Assembly (NCBI GenBank): GCA_963732385.1
Contig: CAVSZB010000005.1
Coordinates: 39,742-103,741, forward strand
From: an uncultured bacterium
GTDB taxonomy: Bacteria > Krumholzibacteriota > Krumholzibacteriia > LZORAL124-64-63
Length of the DNA: 64,000 bases
Direction: 5' to 3'
The notes under the pieces were generated by a model. It searched no databases. It had not been told where the DNA came from and saw only the letters and a program-made list of their open reading frames with translations. A program made the position numbers and the translations under genes. The stretch's first letter is position 1. Each line of letters opens with the position of its first letter. This document shows, one piece after another, positions 1 to 9,399 of the stretch.

Positions 1-1239
1 AGTACGTGCGTCCAACCTTCAGCGGGAAATTCCGCGGCGGCACCGGCACGTGGACCGGCACCACGCCGGGCGTGGCGGTCCGCACCAGGAAGTCGATGTT
101 GTGCGGGCTGCCGACGATCACCTGCACCGGGACCTCGTCGCGGACACGCGCCTCCGACAGTTCGCCGCTCACGCCCAGGAACCACTGGACCGACGGCTCG
201 AACAGACGCTCGTCGGCGCAGGTGCCCACGAGCACCCACTCGTCGCGCGGGGCGAGCGGGATGGCGGTGACGAGCTGGGGAATGCCCTTCTCGAGCAGTT
301 CGCGGATGGTCCGCTCCAGTTCGCCGAACACCGGGCCGAGGTTCTCGTGCTGGTAGGCCGGCAGTTCGCGGGGGCTCCGGTCGACCACGAACGTGCAGAG
401 CGCGCCCGCCAGCTGCGCCAGCGTGAGGTACGCCGGCAGCGGGTGGCCGCGCGGATTGCGCTGGTGGTGCGCCAGCAGAGGGACGAACGAGTTCGCGGTG
501 TGCAGCAGCCAGAAGTGACCCACGTCGGCGGTGCCGAAATCGACCAGCCCGCCCCCGCGCTGCCGCGTCCCCTCGCTCAGGTAGGCGCTCTTGGTCACCA
601 GCGTCTCGAGCAGGAAGCGCATGATGCCGGGCAGCGGACCGGCTGCCGCGATCGTCAGGCTCGGCGGCGCATAGTCGCGCGCGAGGATGAACCGGCCGTC
701 GCTGGCGCGTTCGATCTCGGCGATCTTCAGCACGACGTGACCGGCCAGGTTCTCGCCGCCGAAGGCGAGCTTCAGATTCAGGCGCGAAACGACGATCTCG
801 ACCTGCTTGCCGGGGTCGTTCTCGTCGATGACCCGCACCACATCGCCGAGCTGGCGCGTTTCCGCGGCGCCGGTGCGCTCGGGCAGGCGGCAGAGCGGCA
901 CGCCGGCCCGCTCCTCGGGCGTGGCCAGGAACACCTCGAACCGCGTCTGGTCGGGACCGAACGCCTCGTTGAGCGGCCGACTGGGCGGCAGCGGGTCGAC
1001 GGCGGGCGCGCGCACGATGCCGCCGTCGGGCAGGACGGCGTCCACCTCCAGCAGGGTCAGGCGGCCGTTGCCCAGCGCCTCGGTATCGATCTGCAGCGAG
1101 CGGACGCCCCAGGCGAACGGGATCAGGGCGTCCTGCCGGAACTGGATCTCGCCGAGCAGGGCGCGATCCGCCTGCTGGAAATGCTGAGGGCCGAGAAACA
1201 TGCCCTCCTGCCAGACGACGCGGTTGTGACGGCTCATGA
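1..1239 (-). CDS. tssK: T6SS baseplate protein TssK (N-terminal ~413 aa; continues beyond window start)
   Basis: Manual reverse-strand translation from the ATG at 1239 gives MSRHNRVVWQEGMFLGPQHFQQADRALLGEIQFRQ..., the canonical TssK/ImpJ N-terminus. The frame stays open to position 1. The ORF track omits it because no stop falls in the window. Confidence 0.8.
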
Positions 1240-1268
1240 TCGCTGCGGCCCCTTCGTTGTCCGCCCGC

Positions 1269-1745
1269 TCACGACTTGTCCGCGGTCAGGCAGAGCTTCT
1301 CCAGGCGGATGGCGATCCGGGCGGAACCGCCCTCGAGCCTGACCACCTTTTTCCAGCACCCCGAACGGTGATCGCAGAAATCCGCCACCACGCCGACGGC
1401 CGTCACCCCCTTGCCGCGCGCCAGCTCGAAGATCTGCGCCGGCTCGCCCGGCATGACGGTCAGCTCCCTGACCGACGCCACGGCCTCGCCCAATGCCCGG
1501 CCCCGGTCGTCCCAGAGCCGGTCGAAGGCCGCTTCGCCGAACGCCTCCGCGTCGCGCAGGCTGTAGATGCGCACGACCACGGCATGATCGGCCGGATCGT
1601 CGCACGAGTTCAGGCGGGCCGCCCCCACCACGCTGAAGGCATCCCTGGCGGCGCCGCCCAGCCCCAGCATGCTGCATCCGCTGACGCCCACGGCCAGGCC
1701 CAGGAGCGTCCCCAGCGCCAGCGCCCTACCGATTCTGACCGACAT
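1269..1745 (-). CDS. tssJ: T6SS outer-membrane lipoprotein TssJ
   Basis: 158 aa with a signal peptide and lipobox (LAVGVSGCS). AVVVRIYSLRD and the overall size match TssJ/VasD/SciN. It lies 29 nt upstream of tssK on the same strand. Confidence 0.75.
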   Translation of the reverse strand: MSVRIGRALALGTLLGLAVGVSGCSMLGLGGAARDAFSVVGAARLNSCDDPADHAVVVRIYSLRDAEAFGEAAFDRLWDDRGRALGEAVASVRELTVMPGEPAQIFELARGKGVTAVGVVADFCDHRSGCWKKVVRLEGGSARIAIRLEKLCLTADKS

Positions 1746-1826
1746 CTTCGACTCCTTCGTGCGCAGCCGCTGCGGGAAGGGCCGGCGCGCGGTCCGTATG
1801 ACCGGCGCGGCCTCGCCGCGCCAGAC

Positions 1827-2480
1827 TCAGCGGCCTGCGATGCCGGGCGGTGGCGGGAAGCCCGGCAACGGTCCGGCCGGCGTCGTTTCGCCGTCGCCGC
1901 CGCCGCCACCGAGACTCATGGCCAGACCGCCGACCACGCCGACGATCAGCGCGATGCCCAGCGGCTTGGCGAAGAACGACTTGCCGCCCTTTCCGGTCTG
2001 CACCGGCGTCGGCTGCCAGGTCGGCTGCGGCGCGGGAGCGGGCGTCGCGGGCGACACGGTCGCCGGCGCCGACTCGCTGCGGCAGCCCGCCGCGGCCTGA
2101 TCGAAGTCCACCTGCTCGTCCCTGGGCAGCACGTCGGCCTCCGGACGCCAGCCGGCGTCGATCCGGAGCGCCTCGCAGAACATGTCGCGCGCGATGCTGT
2201 GATTGCCCAGGTTCACCAGACAACGCGCCTTCAGCACGTAGGCGTCGCGCAGGGCCGCACCTTCGAGCGTGCCGCCACTGATGAACTCGTTGCAGATGTC
2301 GAGCGCCTTCTGGAAGTCCGCGAAATCATACAGATCCTGGGCCTGAGCGAGTGCCGGAGTCCCGGCCGCGAGCGCGGCCCCGATCCAGAGCCCGCCCGGA
2401 GCCACGGTGGCCAGAAAGGCGATCAGGGTCGCCAGGCCCAGAACCCGAAAAGCGTTGTGGCGACGGTAATTGCCCATCAT
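1827..2480 (-). CDS. TPR-like membrane protein (N-terminal TM, Pro-rich segment, C-terminal TM), T6SS-associated by position
   Basis: The MMGNYRR start at 2480 has an AGGAGG-like RBS about 12 nt upstream. Hydrophobic stretches occur at both ends. It sits between the kinase genes and tssJ. Confidence 0.45.
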   Translation of the reverse strand: MMGNYRRHNAFRVLGLATLIAFLATVAPGGLWIGAALAAGTPALAQAQDLYDFADFQKALDICNEFISGGTLEGAALRDAYVLKARCLVNLGNHSIARDMFCEALRIDAGWRPEADVLPRDEQVDFDQAAAGCRSESAPATVSPATPAPAPQPTWQPTPVQTGKGGKSFFAKPLGIALIVGVVGGLAMSLGGGGGDGETTPAGPLPGFPPPPGIAGR

Positions 2481-2633
2481 CTCCGGTCCCCCCTCCTGAT
2501 GACGATCTGCAGTCCGGAACGCAGCATCTGACAATCGCCCGCACGGCTCAAGGAAAATTTGGGCGGCGCAACGGTCAGGGCGCCGACAGTTCGAAGCGGA
2601 TCCGGATCTCCTGGTTCTCGGCCAGCCTGACCT

Positions 2634-4715
2634 TCACCCGCCCCTCCCCCCCGCGCCGCGGCTGAAAGTCAGCGCGCCGCCATCGCCCGCGTTCTGGGCG
2701 CCGGTCACCACGTAGCCGGGGCAGCGCGCGCCGATCGTGTGCTCGCCCGCCTCCAGCTTCACCTGCAGGAAGGGGGTCTGCTGGCCGGTGTCGATCCCGT
2801 CGATCGTCACGAACGCGGCCGGGGTGGCGGCCACGCGCAGTGAGCCGGTCCGCTCGAGGAAGCGGTGGTGCCCCAGCGCGAGCGTCTCGCCGGCCGCGAT
2901 CTGGAAAGCCGGCAGGTCGAGGCGCCCGTACGACGGTCGGTACCGCAAAGAGACGGCGTGACGCCCGGCGTTGGCGGCCATCACGGCGACCTTCGCCCCC
3001 TCCTTGACCAGCTTCCCGTCCAGATAGACGTCCGCGTACGGAGAGATCACCACCCGCGCGTAACCGCGGCCCGGCGTCGCCGCGACCGTGGCGGAAGCGG
3101 CAGGGGGGGCGGCCACCGGTCGTTGTTGCGCCGGCGCTGTCGTGGGCGCTGTCGTGGGCGCTGTCGTCGGCGCTGTGGTCGGCGCTGTGGTCGGCGGGGT
3201 CGACGCAGCCGGCGGCGGCGTCGACAGCGGCGCGTCGACCGGCGCTGCGGGCGCCGGCGTCGAAACCGCCACGGTGTCCGGCGTCACGCCCGTGCGCGCG
3301 AACCGCGGCACGGGAGAGAGCAGGCGGCCGCCGATCATGATCGCCGCGGCGGCCACGACCACCAGCACGGCCGCGGCCGCCCAGCGCGAGCCGGGCGAGG
3401 CGAACCATGAGCGGAGGCTGCTGCCGGACCCGGCGCCGGCCGTGCGGCCGGCCTTCGGCGCCGCCGCCTTCGGTTCGGGCGGGCGCGCCCTGCCAGCGGT
3501 GCGGGAGGCGGGGGCTGCGGAGGCCTTGGGCATGACGAGCGTGCGGCCGGTGGCGTCCTCGTCGGCGCGGGCCGGGCGGGCGGCGACGGCGAGGCTCTGG
3601 CCCGATTCCTCCGCCCTGCGCTTCAGTTCGCTGATCGCCTCGCTGGCCTTGCTGTTCTGCGGGTCGAGCGAGAGGACGTAGTGGAACTCGCGGATCGCAT
3701 CGCCGATGTTCTCGAGCCCCATGTTCTTGAAATGGAAGCCGGCGTTGAGGTGGGCCTTGATGTTCTGGTGCCGCAGCTCCTCGGCGAACGCCATCGGCTC
3801 CTTGGCGAAACGGGCCAGGTAATCGCGGCGGTACTTGATCAGGGCGCCCGACCGGTCGATGCTCTCCATGCACTCCTTGAGCGCCAGCAGCACCTGGTCC
3901 ATGTTCTGGTAGCGCTTCGCCGGGTCCTTCGCGAGCATCTTCTCCATCAGGGACGAGAGCTCCGCGGTCAGCAGCGGGCAGGCTTCGCGGGTCAGCGGCG
4001 CCGGCGCGTCGTTGATGATCGACTCCTGCACGGATGTCGGCGTGTCCCCCTTGAACGGCTTCTCCCCGGACAGGAGCTGGTAGGCCATCACGCCGAGCGA
4101 GAAGATGTCCGTGCGATGGTCGAGGTCGTCCCGGCCCGCCGCCTGCTCCGGCGACATGTACGACGGCGTGCCGACGACCATCCCCGGCAGCGTCAGGTTC
4201 TGGGCGGTCAGGCGCGCGAAGTCGCGGGTGTCGCGGGCGAGGCCGAAGTCGGCGATCTTGATCTCGCCGTCGTTGCTCAGCAGCACGTTGTTCGGCTTCA
4301 TGTCGCGGTGGATGATGCCGGTCGTGTGGGCGGCCTTCAGGCCGTAGGCCACCTCTTCGAGGATCAGCAGCGCGATCTCGGCGGGCAGCGGCCGCGAGCG
4401 GCCGGCGGCCTTCTGGAAATCGGCGAACAGCTTCTGCAGATCGGGGCCTTCGATGTACTCCATGACGATGAAGTACATGTCGTCTTCGGAGCCGAAGTCG
4501 ATCACGCGGGCGATGTTGTTGTTCTGCAGCGAGGAGGCGGCCCGCGCCTCACGCTCGAAGCGGGCGATGAAGCTTTCGTCTCCGGCCAGGCCGGGGTGCA
4601 GGACCTTGACGGCGACCGAATAGTGCAGCGTTCCGTGCAGTCCCCGGTAGACCGTGGACATGCCGCCGGAGCCGATCTTCTCCTTGATCTCGTAGCCGTG
4701 GAACGTCGCCCCCAC
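2634..4715 (-). CDS. Hanks-type Ser/Thr protein kinase with TM segment, (TAPT)n linker and C-terminal PEGA domains; C-terminus probably frameshifted at a poly-C run (true end may be 2575)
   Basis: Kinase motifs GxGxxSxVY, AVK, HRDMKPNNVLL, DFGLA and SPEQ are present. PEGA-like periplasmic repeats follow. The alternative frame ends ...VKVRLAENQEIRIRFELSAP, which resembles the C-terminus of the paralog. Confidence 0.85.
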   Translation of the reverse strand: MGATFHGYEIKEKIGSGGMSTVYRGLHGTLHYSVAVKVLHPGLAGDESFIARFEREARAASSLQNNNIARVIDFGSEDDMYFIVMEYIEGPDLQKLFADFQKAAGRSRPLPAEIALLILEEVAYGLKAAHTTGIIHRDMKPNNVLLSNDGEIKIADFGLARDTRDFARLTAQNLTLPGMVVGTPSYMSPEQAAGRDDLDHRTDIFSLGVMAYQLLSGEKPFKGDTPTSVQESIINDAPAPLTREACPLLTAELSSLMEKMLAKDPAKRYQNMDQVLLALKECMESIDRSGALIKYRRDYLARFAKEPMAFAEELRHQNIKAHLNAGFHFKNMGLENIGDAIREFHYVLSLDPQNSKASEAISELKRRAEESGQSLAVAARPARADEDATGRTLVMPKASAAPASRTAGRARPPEPKAAAPKAGRTAGAGSGSSLRSWFASPGSRWAAAAVLVVVAAAAIMIGGRLLSPVPRFARTGVTPDTVAVSTPAPAAPVDAPLSTPPPAASTPPTTAPTTAPTTAPTTAPTTAPAQQRPVAAPPAASATVAATPGRGYARVVISPYADVYLDGKLVKEGAKVAVMAANAGRHAVSLRYRPSYGRLDLPAFQIAAGETLALGHHRFLERTGSLRVAATPAAFVTIDGIDTGQQTPFLQVKLEAGEHTIGARCPGYVVTGAQNAGDGGALTFSRGAGGRGG
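3137..3196. repeat. 5 x 12-bp in-frame tandem repeat encoding (TAPT)5 linker inside the kinase gene
   Basis: The unit ctgtcgtgggcg/ctgtggtcggcg repeats five times. On the minus strand it translates to TAPTTAPTTAPTTAPTTAP. Confidence 0.8.
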
Positions 4716-4749
4716 GTCGCTCCCTCCCCCCTGTGCGGACGCCGTGCTG

Positions 4750-7134
4750 TCAGGTCCGCGGTTTCCGCTTCAACTGCAGGTCGATCTTCAACCGGTCCCC
4801 CTGCGCGATCGTCACGCGGAAGGAGGTGTACTTGCCGCCGGAGCTGAGCGGCGGGAGCTGTTTCTGGCTGCCGTCGGCGGCCACCTGCGACGCGGTCTGC
4901 ACGGTGAAGTCGTCGCTGCGGACCGTCAGCGTATGCTCGCCTGGCTCGAGACGGCCCGTCCACGGCGTGTTGCCGACCCGCTCCTGATCGATGTCCAGCG
5001 GGACCGGATCGGTCGCCTCGATAGCCACCTCTCCGCCACTGAGCACCATCTCCAGCCGCACGCCCAGGGTCTGCCCGCCGCTGATCCTCACCTTCTTCAT
5101 GACCGGCGCGTAACCCGGCTTCTCGGCCCGCACCTCCCAGTTGTCCGCCGCGGTCAGTTCGGTGACCACCGGAGCGGTGCCGACCGGCCGCCACGGCTCC
5201 CCGGCCTGGCGCACCAGCACGGTGGCGCCGTCGGGCGTGACGCGCACGCGGATCCGGCCGCTGGAGCTCACCGCCGGCGCGGCCGCGGCCTCGCTCGGGG
5301 TCTCGGCGATCGTGGCCGGCGCCGGCACGGCAGCCGCGGTCCCGGGCGCGCCGGTGGCCGCGACAGCGGGCGTTTCGCCCTCTCCCTCCGGAACGAGCGC
5401 GCGCAGCTGTCCGCCCACGGAGGTCGTTTCACTCCCCGCCGCCGTCACGGCGAGCACCGTGTCCGCGTACCCCGCCAGCGACAGCCGGAACTCCCAGGCG
5501 CCGACCGCCAGGTCCGCCAGCACGCAGGCGGTCTGGCGACCGGTCGGGGTGAAATCGGCGGTGCCGGCCCGCCGCATCCAGACCTGCGCCCCTGCCGGCT
5601 CGCTGGCCACCTGTACGATCGCCGTGGCCGGCGGCGCGGTCGGGCCGCGCCGCGTGAGCAGGACCGCGGCCACCGCCACGATCACCACCGCTCCGAGCGC
5701 CATCGCCACCATGCCCCGTCGCCGGCGCAGCCCCTCCAGAATACCGGCCACGGGCGACGCGGCGGCGCGATCCGGCCGCGCCTTGCGCGGCTGACGCGGC
5801 TCCCGCGGCACACGCGGCGCACGCGGCGGCGGCGGCGCAGCCGCAGCCGGCTCCGGCGCGGGCGCCGCGACCGGCTCGGCGGCGCGCCGTGGCGGGCCGG
5901 CCGCCGGCATGACCATGGTGCGTCCCGACTCCACCGGGTCGGCGGCATCGACATCGTCGGGCTCGTGCGCGCCGAGCGGACCGGCGCCCGTGGGCGGGGG
6001 CGCGGCGCGCATCGTGACCCCTGAATCCTCGGCCCGCTTGCGCAGTTCGGCCAGGGCCTGCGAAGCCTTCGGGTTGCGCGGGTCGAGGCGCATGACGTGA
6101 CGGAATTCGCGCAGCGCGTCGGACATGCTGGCCAGGCCGAGGTTCTTGAAGTGGAAGCCGAGCCGCAGGTGCGAGTTGATGGCCTGGTGGCGCAGATCAT
6201 TGGCGGTGGCGGCCGGGTCCCGGGCGAAGCGCTGGAGCAGGTCGCGCCGCAGCTTCACCAGCCCGCCCGACGAGTCGATGCTGTCCATGCACTCCCGCAG
6301 CGCGTGCAGCACCTGGTCCATCGACTGGTACCGCTTGCCGGGATCCTTGGCCAGCATCTTGCTGACCATCTCCTCCATCTCGTTCGTCAGGAGCGGGCAC
6401 GAGGTCTCGGCCAGCGGACGGGGCGAGGCGTTGATGATGCGCTCCTGCACCTCGGTCGGGCTGTCGCCCTGGAACGGCTTCTCGCCGGCGAGGAACTGGT
6501 AGGCCATGACGCCGAGCGAGAAGATGTCGCTGCGGTGATCGACGTCGTCCCGGCCGACCGCCTGCTCCGGCGACATGTACGAGGGGGTGCCGACGATCAT
6601 GCCCGGGCGCGTCAGGTCGTCCGAGGCCATCCGCGCCTGGTCGCCCGTGTTGCGCGCGAGACCGAAGTCGGCCAGCTTCACCTCGCCGCGCCGGTCGATC
6701 AGGATGTTGCTCGGCTTGATGTCGCGGTGGACGACCCCCTCGGCATGCGCCTCGCGCAGCGCGTACGCCACCTCTTCGAGGATCAGCAGGGCGATCTCGG
6801 GCGGCAGCGGCTGGGCCGCGCCGCTCTCGGCGCGCAGCATCTCGAACACCTTGGCCAGGTCGGGCCCGTCGATGAACTCCATCACGATGAAGTAGCAGTC
6901 ATCCTCGCTGCCGAAGTCGATGACCGAGGTGATATTGACGCTGCGCAGCGCCGAGGCCGCCTTGGCCTCCCGTTCGAAGCGCGCGATGAACTGCGTGTCG
7001 CCGGCGAGGCCGGGGTGGAGGATCTTGACCGCGACGGGATAGCCCAGCGTCGTGTGGACCCCCTTGTAGACGGTCGACATCCCGCCCGCGCCGATCTTCT
7101 CGTGCACTTCGAAGCCGTGAAACGCTGTAGCCAC
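4750..7134 (-). CDS. Hanks-type Ser/Thr protein kinase (paralog of the downstream kinase) with TM and PEGA domains
   Basis: Motifs HRDIKPSNILI, DFGLA and GTPSYMSPEQ are present. The N-terminal 300 aa are near-colinear with the 2634..4715 kinase. The C-terminus has two PEGA-like domains. Confidence 0.9.
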   Translation of the reverse strand: MATAFHGFEVHEKIGAGGMSTVYKGVHTTLGYPVAVKILHPGLAGDTQFIARFEREAKAASALRSVNITSVIDFGSEDDCYFIVMEFIDGPDLAKVFEMLRAESGAAQPLPPEIALLILEEVAYALREAHAEGVVHRDIKPSNILIDRRGEVKLADFGLARNTGDQARMASDDLTRPGMIVGTPSYMSPEQAVGRDDVDHRSDIFSLGVMAYQFLAGEKPFQGDSPTEVQERIINASPRPLAETSCPLLTNEMEEMVSKMLAKDPGKRYQSMDQVLHALRECMDSIDSSGGLVKLRRDLLQRFARDPAATANDLRHQAINSHLRLGFHFKNLGLASMSDALREFRHVMRLDPRNPKASQALAELRKRAEDSGVTMRAAPPPTGAGPLGAHEPDDVDAADPVESGRTMVMPAAGPPRRAAEPVAAPAPEPAAAAPPPPRAPRVPREPRQPRKARPDRAAASPVAGILEGLRRRRGMVAMALGAVVIVAVAAVLLTRRGPTAPPATAIVQVASEPAGAQVWMRRAGTADFTPTGRQTACVLADLAVGAWEFRLSLAGYADTVLAVTAAGSETTSVGGQLRALVPEGEGETPAVAATGAPGTAAAVPAPATIAETPSEAAAAPAVSSSGRIRVRVTPDGATVLVRQAGEPWRPVGTAPVVTELTAADNWEVRAEKPGYAPVMKKVRISGGQTLGVRLEMVLSGGEVAIEATDPVPLDIDQERVGNTPWTGRLEPGEHTLTVRSDDFTVQTASQVAADGSQKQLPPLSSGGKYTSFRVTIAQGDRLKIDLQLKRKPRT

Positions 7135-7156
7135 GCCGCCTCCCTTTTCGTCCGGC

Positions 7157-7930
7157 TCAGGTCCGACTCTGCCGGGCCACCACGACCGTGATGTTGTCGG
7201 GGCCGCCCTCCTTGCGCGCCCGCTCCACGAGGAGCTGGCAGGCGCGCTGGGGCAGGTGCATCGAGACGATGCGCAGGATTTCGGGGTCGTGAATCACTTT
7301 GATCAGGCCGTCCGAGCAGAGCACCAGCGTGGCCCCCTCGGCGAAGATGACCGGGTTGCCGATGTCCGGCTCCACGCCCTCCTCGTTGCCGAGCCAGCGC
7401 GTCAGGACGTTCGACAGGCTCTGCTTGTCGGGCGGCAGCGTCTGGCCCTGGCGCCGGTACTCGCCGCCGAGCGAGTGGTCTTCGGTCAGCGGGAAGAGCT
7501 GCCCGTCGTGCGCGAGATAGGCGCGGCAGTCGCCGATGTGGCCGATCACCAGCTCCTGCCCGCGGACCACGGCGGCCGTGCAGGTCGTGGCCATGTTGGC
7601 GCGCAGCGGACTGGCGGCCGCATCGGCGAGGATGGCCCGGTTGGCCTCGAGCAGCGTCTCGTAGAGGGCCGCCCGCAGGTCGGTCGGCACGCCGGCGGCG
7701 AAGAAACGCTCGCCGAAGGTCTGCACCGCGATCCGGCTCGCCACCTCGCCCGCCGCGTTGCCGCCCACGCCGTCGGCCACGACGAGCAGCAGCGCCCCGG
7801 GCGCGGTGTCGCAGGTGAAGATGCCGACCGCGTCTTCGTTCTTCTCGCGCCGGCAGCCGATGTCGCTGAGGCTGGCGTGCAGGAGTCGCAGGCCGGTGGC
7901 CGGTGACGTCGGCGGGCTGTCGTGGTTCAT
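7157..7930 (-). CDS. PP2C-family Ser/Thr phosphatase
   Basis: 257 aa from the ATG at 7930, with GGAGG upstream. It carries the PP2C hallmarks DIGCRREKNEDA, VVADGVGG, GDCRAY and LCSDGL. The start overlaps the upstream gene's stop as ATGA. Confidence 0.9.
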   Translation of the reverse strand: MNHDSPPTSPATGLRLLHASLSDIGCRREKNEDAVGIFTCDTAPGALLLVVADGVGGNAAGEVASRIAVQTFGERFFAAGVPTDLRAALYETLLEANRAILADAAASPLRANMATTCTAAVVRGQELVIGHIGDCRAYLAHDGQLFPLTEDHSLGGEYRRQGQTLPPDKQSLSNVLTRWLGNEEGVEPDIGNPVIFAEGATLVLCSDGLIKVIHDPEILRIVSMHLPQRACQLLVERARKEGGPDNITVVVARQSRT

Positions 7931-9300
7931 GAGCCTCCTCTGCGACCCGGGAGCGCGAGGCCCGCCGGACGCGTTGTCCTGCGATAGACGAGCCCGACCG
8001 CGCCGCCCAGGAGCACGCGATCGCCTTCGCCGATGGTGGCCGTCCGCACCGGCCGTTCGTTGACCTGCGTCCCGTTCGTCGAGCGCAGATCGGTGATGAT
8101 GACCGCGCCCCGCCGCACCCGCAGCACCGCGTGCTGGCGGGAGACCCGCGGCTCCGCCACGACGATCGTGTTGCCGGCCGCCGAGCCGATCGTGGCGCCC
8201 GAGCGCGGCAGGCGGTGCACGGTCTGGCGTCCGCCGGCCGTCACGACCAGTTCGCCGGCCGAGGCGAAGCGCAGCCGCGCCAGCACGACCGCCGCGACGA
8301 TCAGCACCAGGGCCGCCAGCAGCAGCGCCGGCCAGCGGCCGATGCCGCGCTCGGCGAGCGCCCGGCGGGCGCGCAGCGTGCCGTCGGCCGCGAGCTCGCC
8401 GTCGGCGCGCGTCACGCGCAGCGTCACGTCGGCCGGCAGCCCCACGCCCGGCGCGGCAAACCGCGCCGCCAGCGCGCCGTCGACGACGGCCACCAGCCGC
8501 CGCACCGCCATCCCGGCCTCGCCGGCGCCGGCGGTCAGCAGCCGGCCGCCGCTGCCGTCGGCCAGGCGCCGCAGCCGCGCCGCCTCGGCGCCCGCCGCGT
8601 CGGTATCGCCGAGCAGGACGACGTACACCGCCACCCGGGCCGAGTCGGCGGCCGCCAGGCAGCTCACCGACGAGTAGCGGCTGCCCTGCCCCTGCCGGCC
8701 GCTCGTCACCACGATGAGCGTCCGCCGCGCCGGCAGCTCCGGAAAGGCCAGCACGGCCAGCGCGTCCTTCACATTGTCCCACAACGGGACCGGCGTGTCG
8801 CCGGCGAGGTCGGCCGCGGCCGGCGGGCGGGCCGCTCCCGCGCCGCCGCCACCGCCCGGCGCCAGCCGCCGCAGCGCCCGCGGACGCGACCCCGTCGCAT
8901 AGAGTCCGCGCCAGGCGTCGGGCGCGGCCTGCCCCGCGAACGCCGCCAGCGCCTCGCCGCAGGCCGCCACGGCGTCGGCGGGCAGGCCGCGCAGATCGGC
9001 CAGCACCGCCACCGCCGACGGCGCGCCGCCCGGAGCGGGGGCGAACGGCAGCAGCGTCGGCGCGCCCACCGGCCCGCCGCCCGCCGCGAGCGTCAGCGCC
9101 GCGGCCGGCACCGCCAGCGGCAGACCGCCGGCGTCGACCAGCGTGAACGGGAGCTGGTACTGCCCGCCCGTCAGCGGCACGCCCGGCTCGAGCCGCAGCT
9201 CGGCCGCAACCCCCTGGGCCCGCGCGCCGCCCCCCGGCGCCAGCAGCGCAATCACGACGGCCGCCGCCCGCAGCGACCGGAATCCGCGGCGTGAAAGCAT
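7927..9300 (-). CDS. Membrane protein with N-terminal signal peptide and periplasmic domain, one TM, and C-terminal cytoplasmic FHA domain
   Basis: Starts MLSRRGFRSLRAAAVVIALLA (signal). A TM segment WPALLLAALVLIVAAVVLARL follows. The C-terminal FHA signature is ATIGSAAGNTIVV..SRQHA..TDLRSTNGTQVN. Confidence 0.75.
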   Translation of the reverse strand: MLSRRGFRSLRAAAVVIALLAPGGGARAQGVAAELRLEPGVPLTGGQYQLPFTLVDAGGLPLAVPAAALTLAAGGGPVGAPTLLPFAPAPGGAPSAVAVLADLRGLPADAVAACGEALAAFAGQAAPDAWRGLYATGSRPRALRRLAPGGGGGAGAARPPAAADLAGDTPVPLWDNVKDALAVLAFPELPARRTLIVVTSGRQGQGSRYSSVSCLAAADSARVAVYVVLLGDTDAAGAEAARLRRLADGSGGRLLTAGAGEAGMAVRRLVAVVDGALAARFAAPGVGLPADVTLRVTRADGELAADGTLRARRALAERGIGRWPALLLAALVLIVAAVVLARLRFASAGELVVTAGGRQTVHRLPRSGATIGSAAGNTIVVAEPRVSRQHAVLRVRRGAVIITDLRSTNGTQVNERPVRTATIGEGDRVLLGGAVGLVYRRTTRPAGLALPGRRGGS

Positions 9301-9399
9301 GTCCGCGCCGCCCCTCCCCACGGTACGACCAGGTGCGCCGGCGGGAGAATCCCGACCCGCGTGGCGGAGTCTAAGGCGCGGCGGCGGGCATCGCAATCG

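Noticed and set aside
50-1342. 430-aa plus-strand ORF (and many similar long ORFs: 15692-18133 minus, 36033-37610 plus, 37384-40563 plus, 40202-43021 plus, 44577-46280 plus, 47357-49570 plus, 54839-56521 plus, 25316-26356 minus, 26607-28193 minus, 28571-32062 minus)
   Set aside because: These are Arg/Gly/Ala-rich translations lying antisense to genes with clear family signatures. Long stop-free shadow ORFs like this are the norm at about 70% GC.
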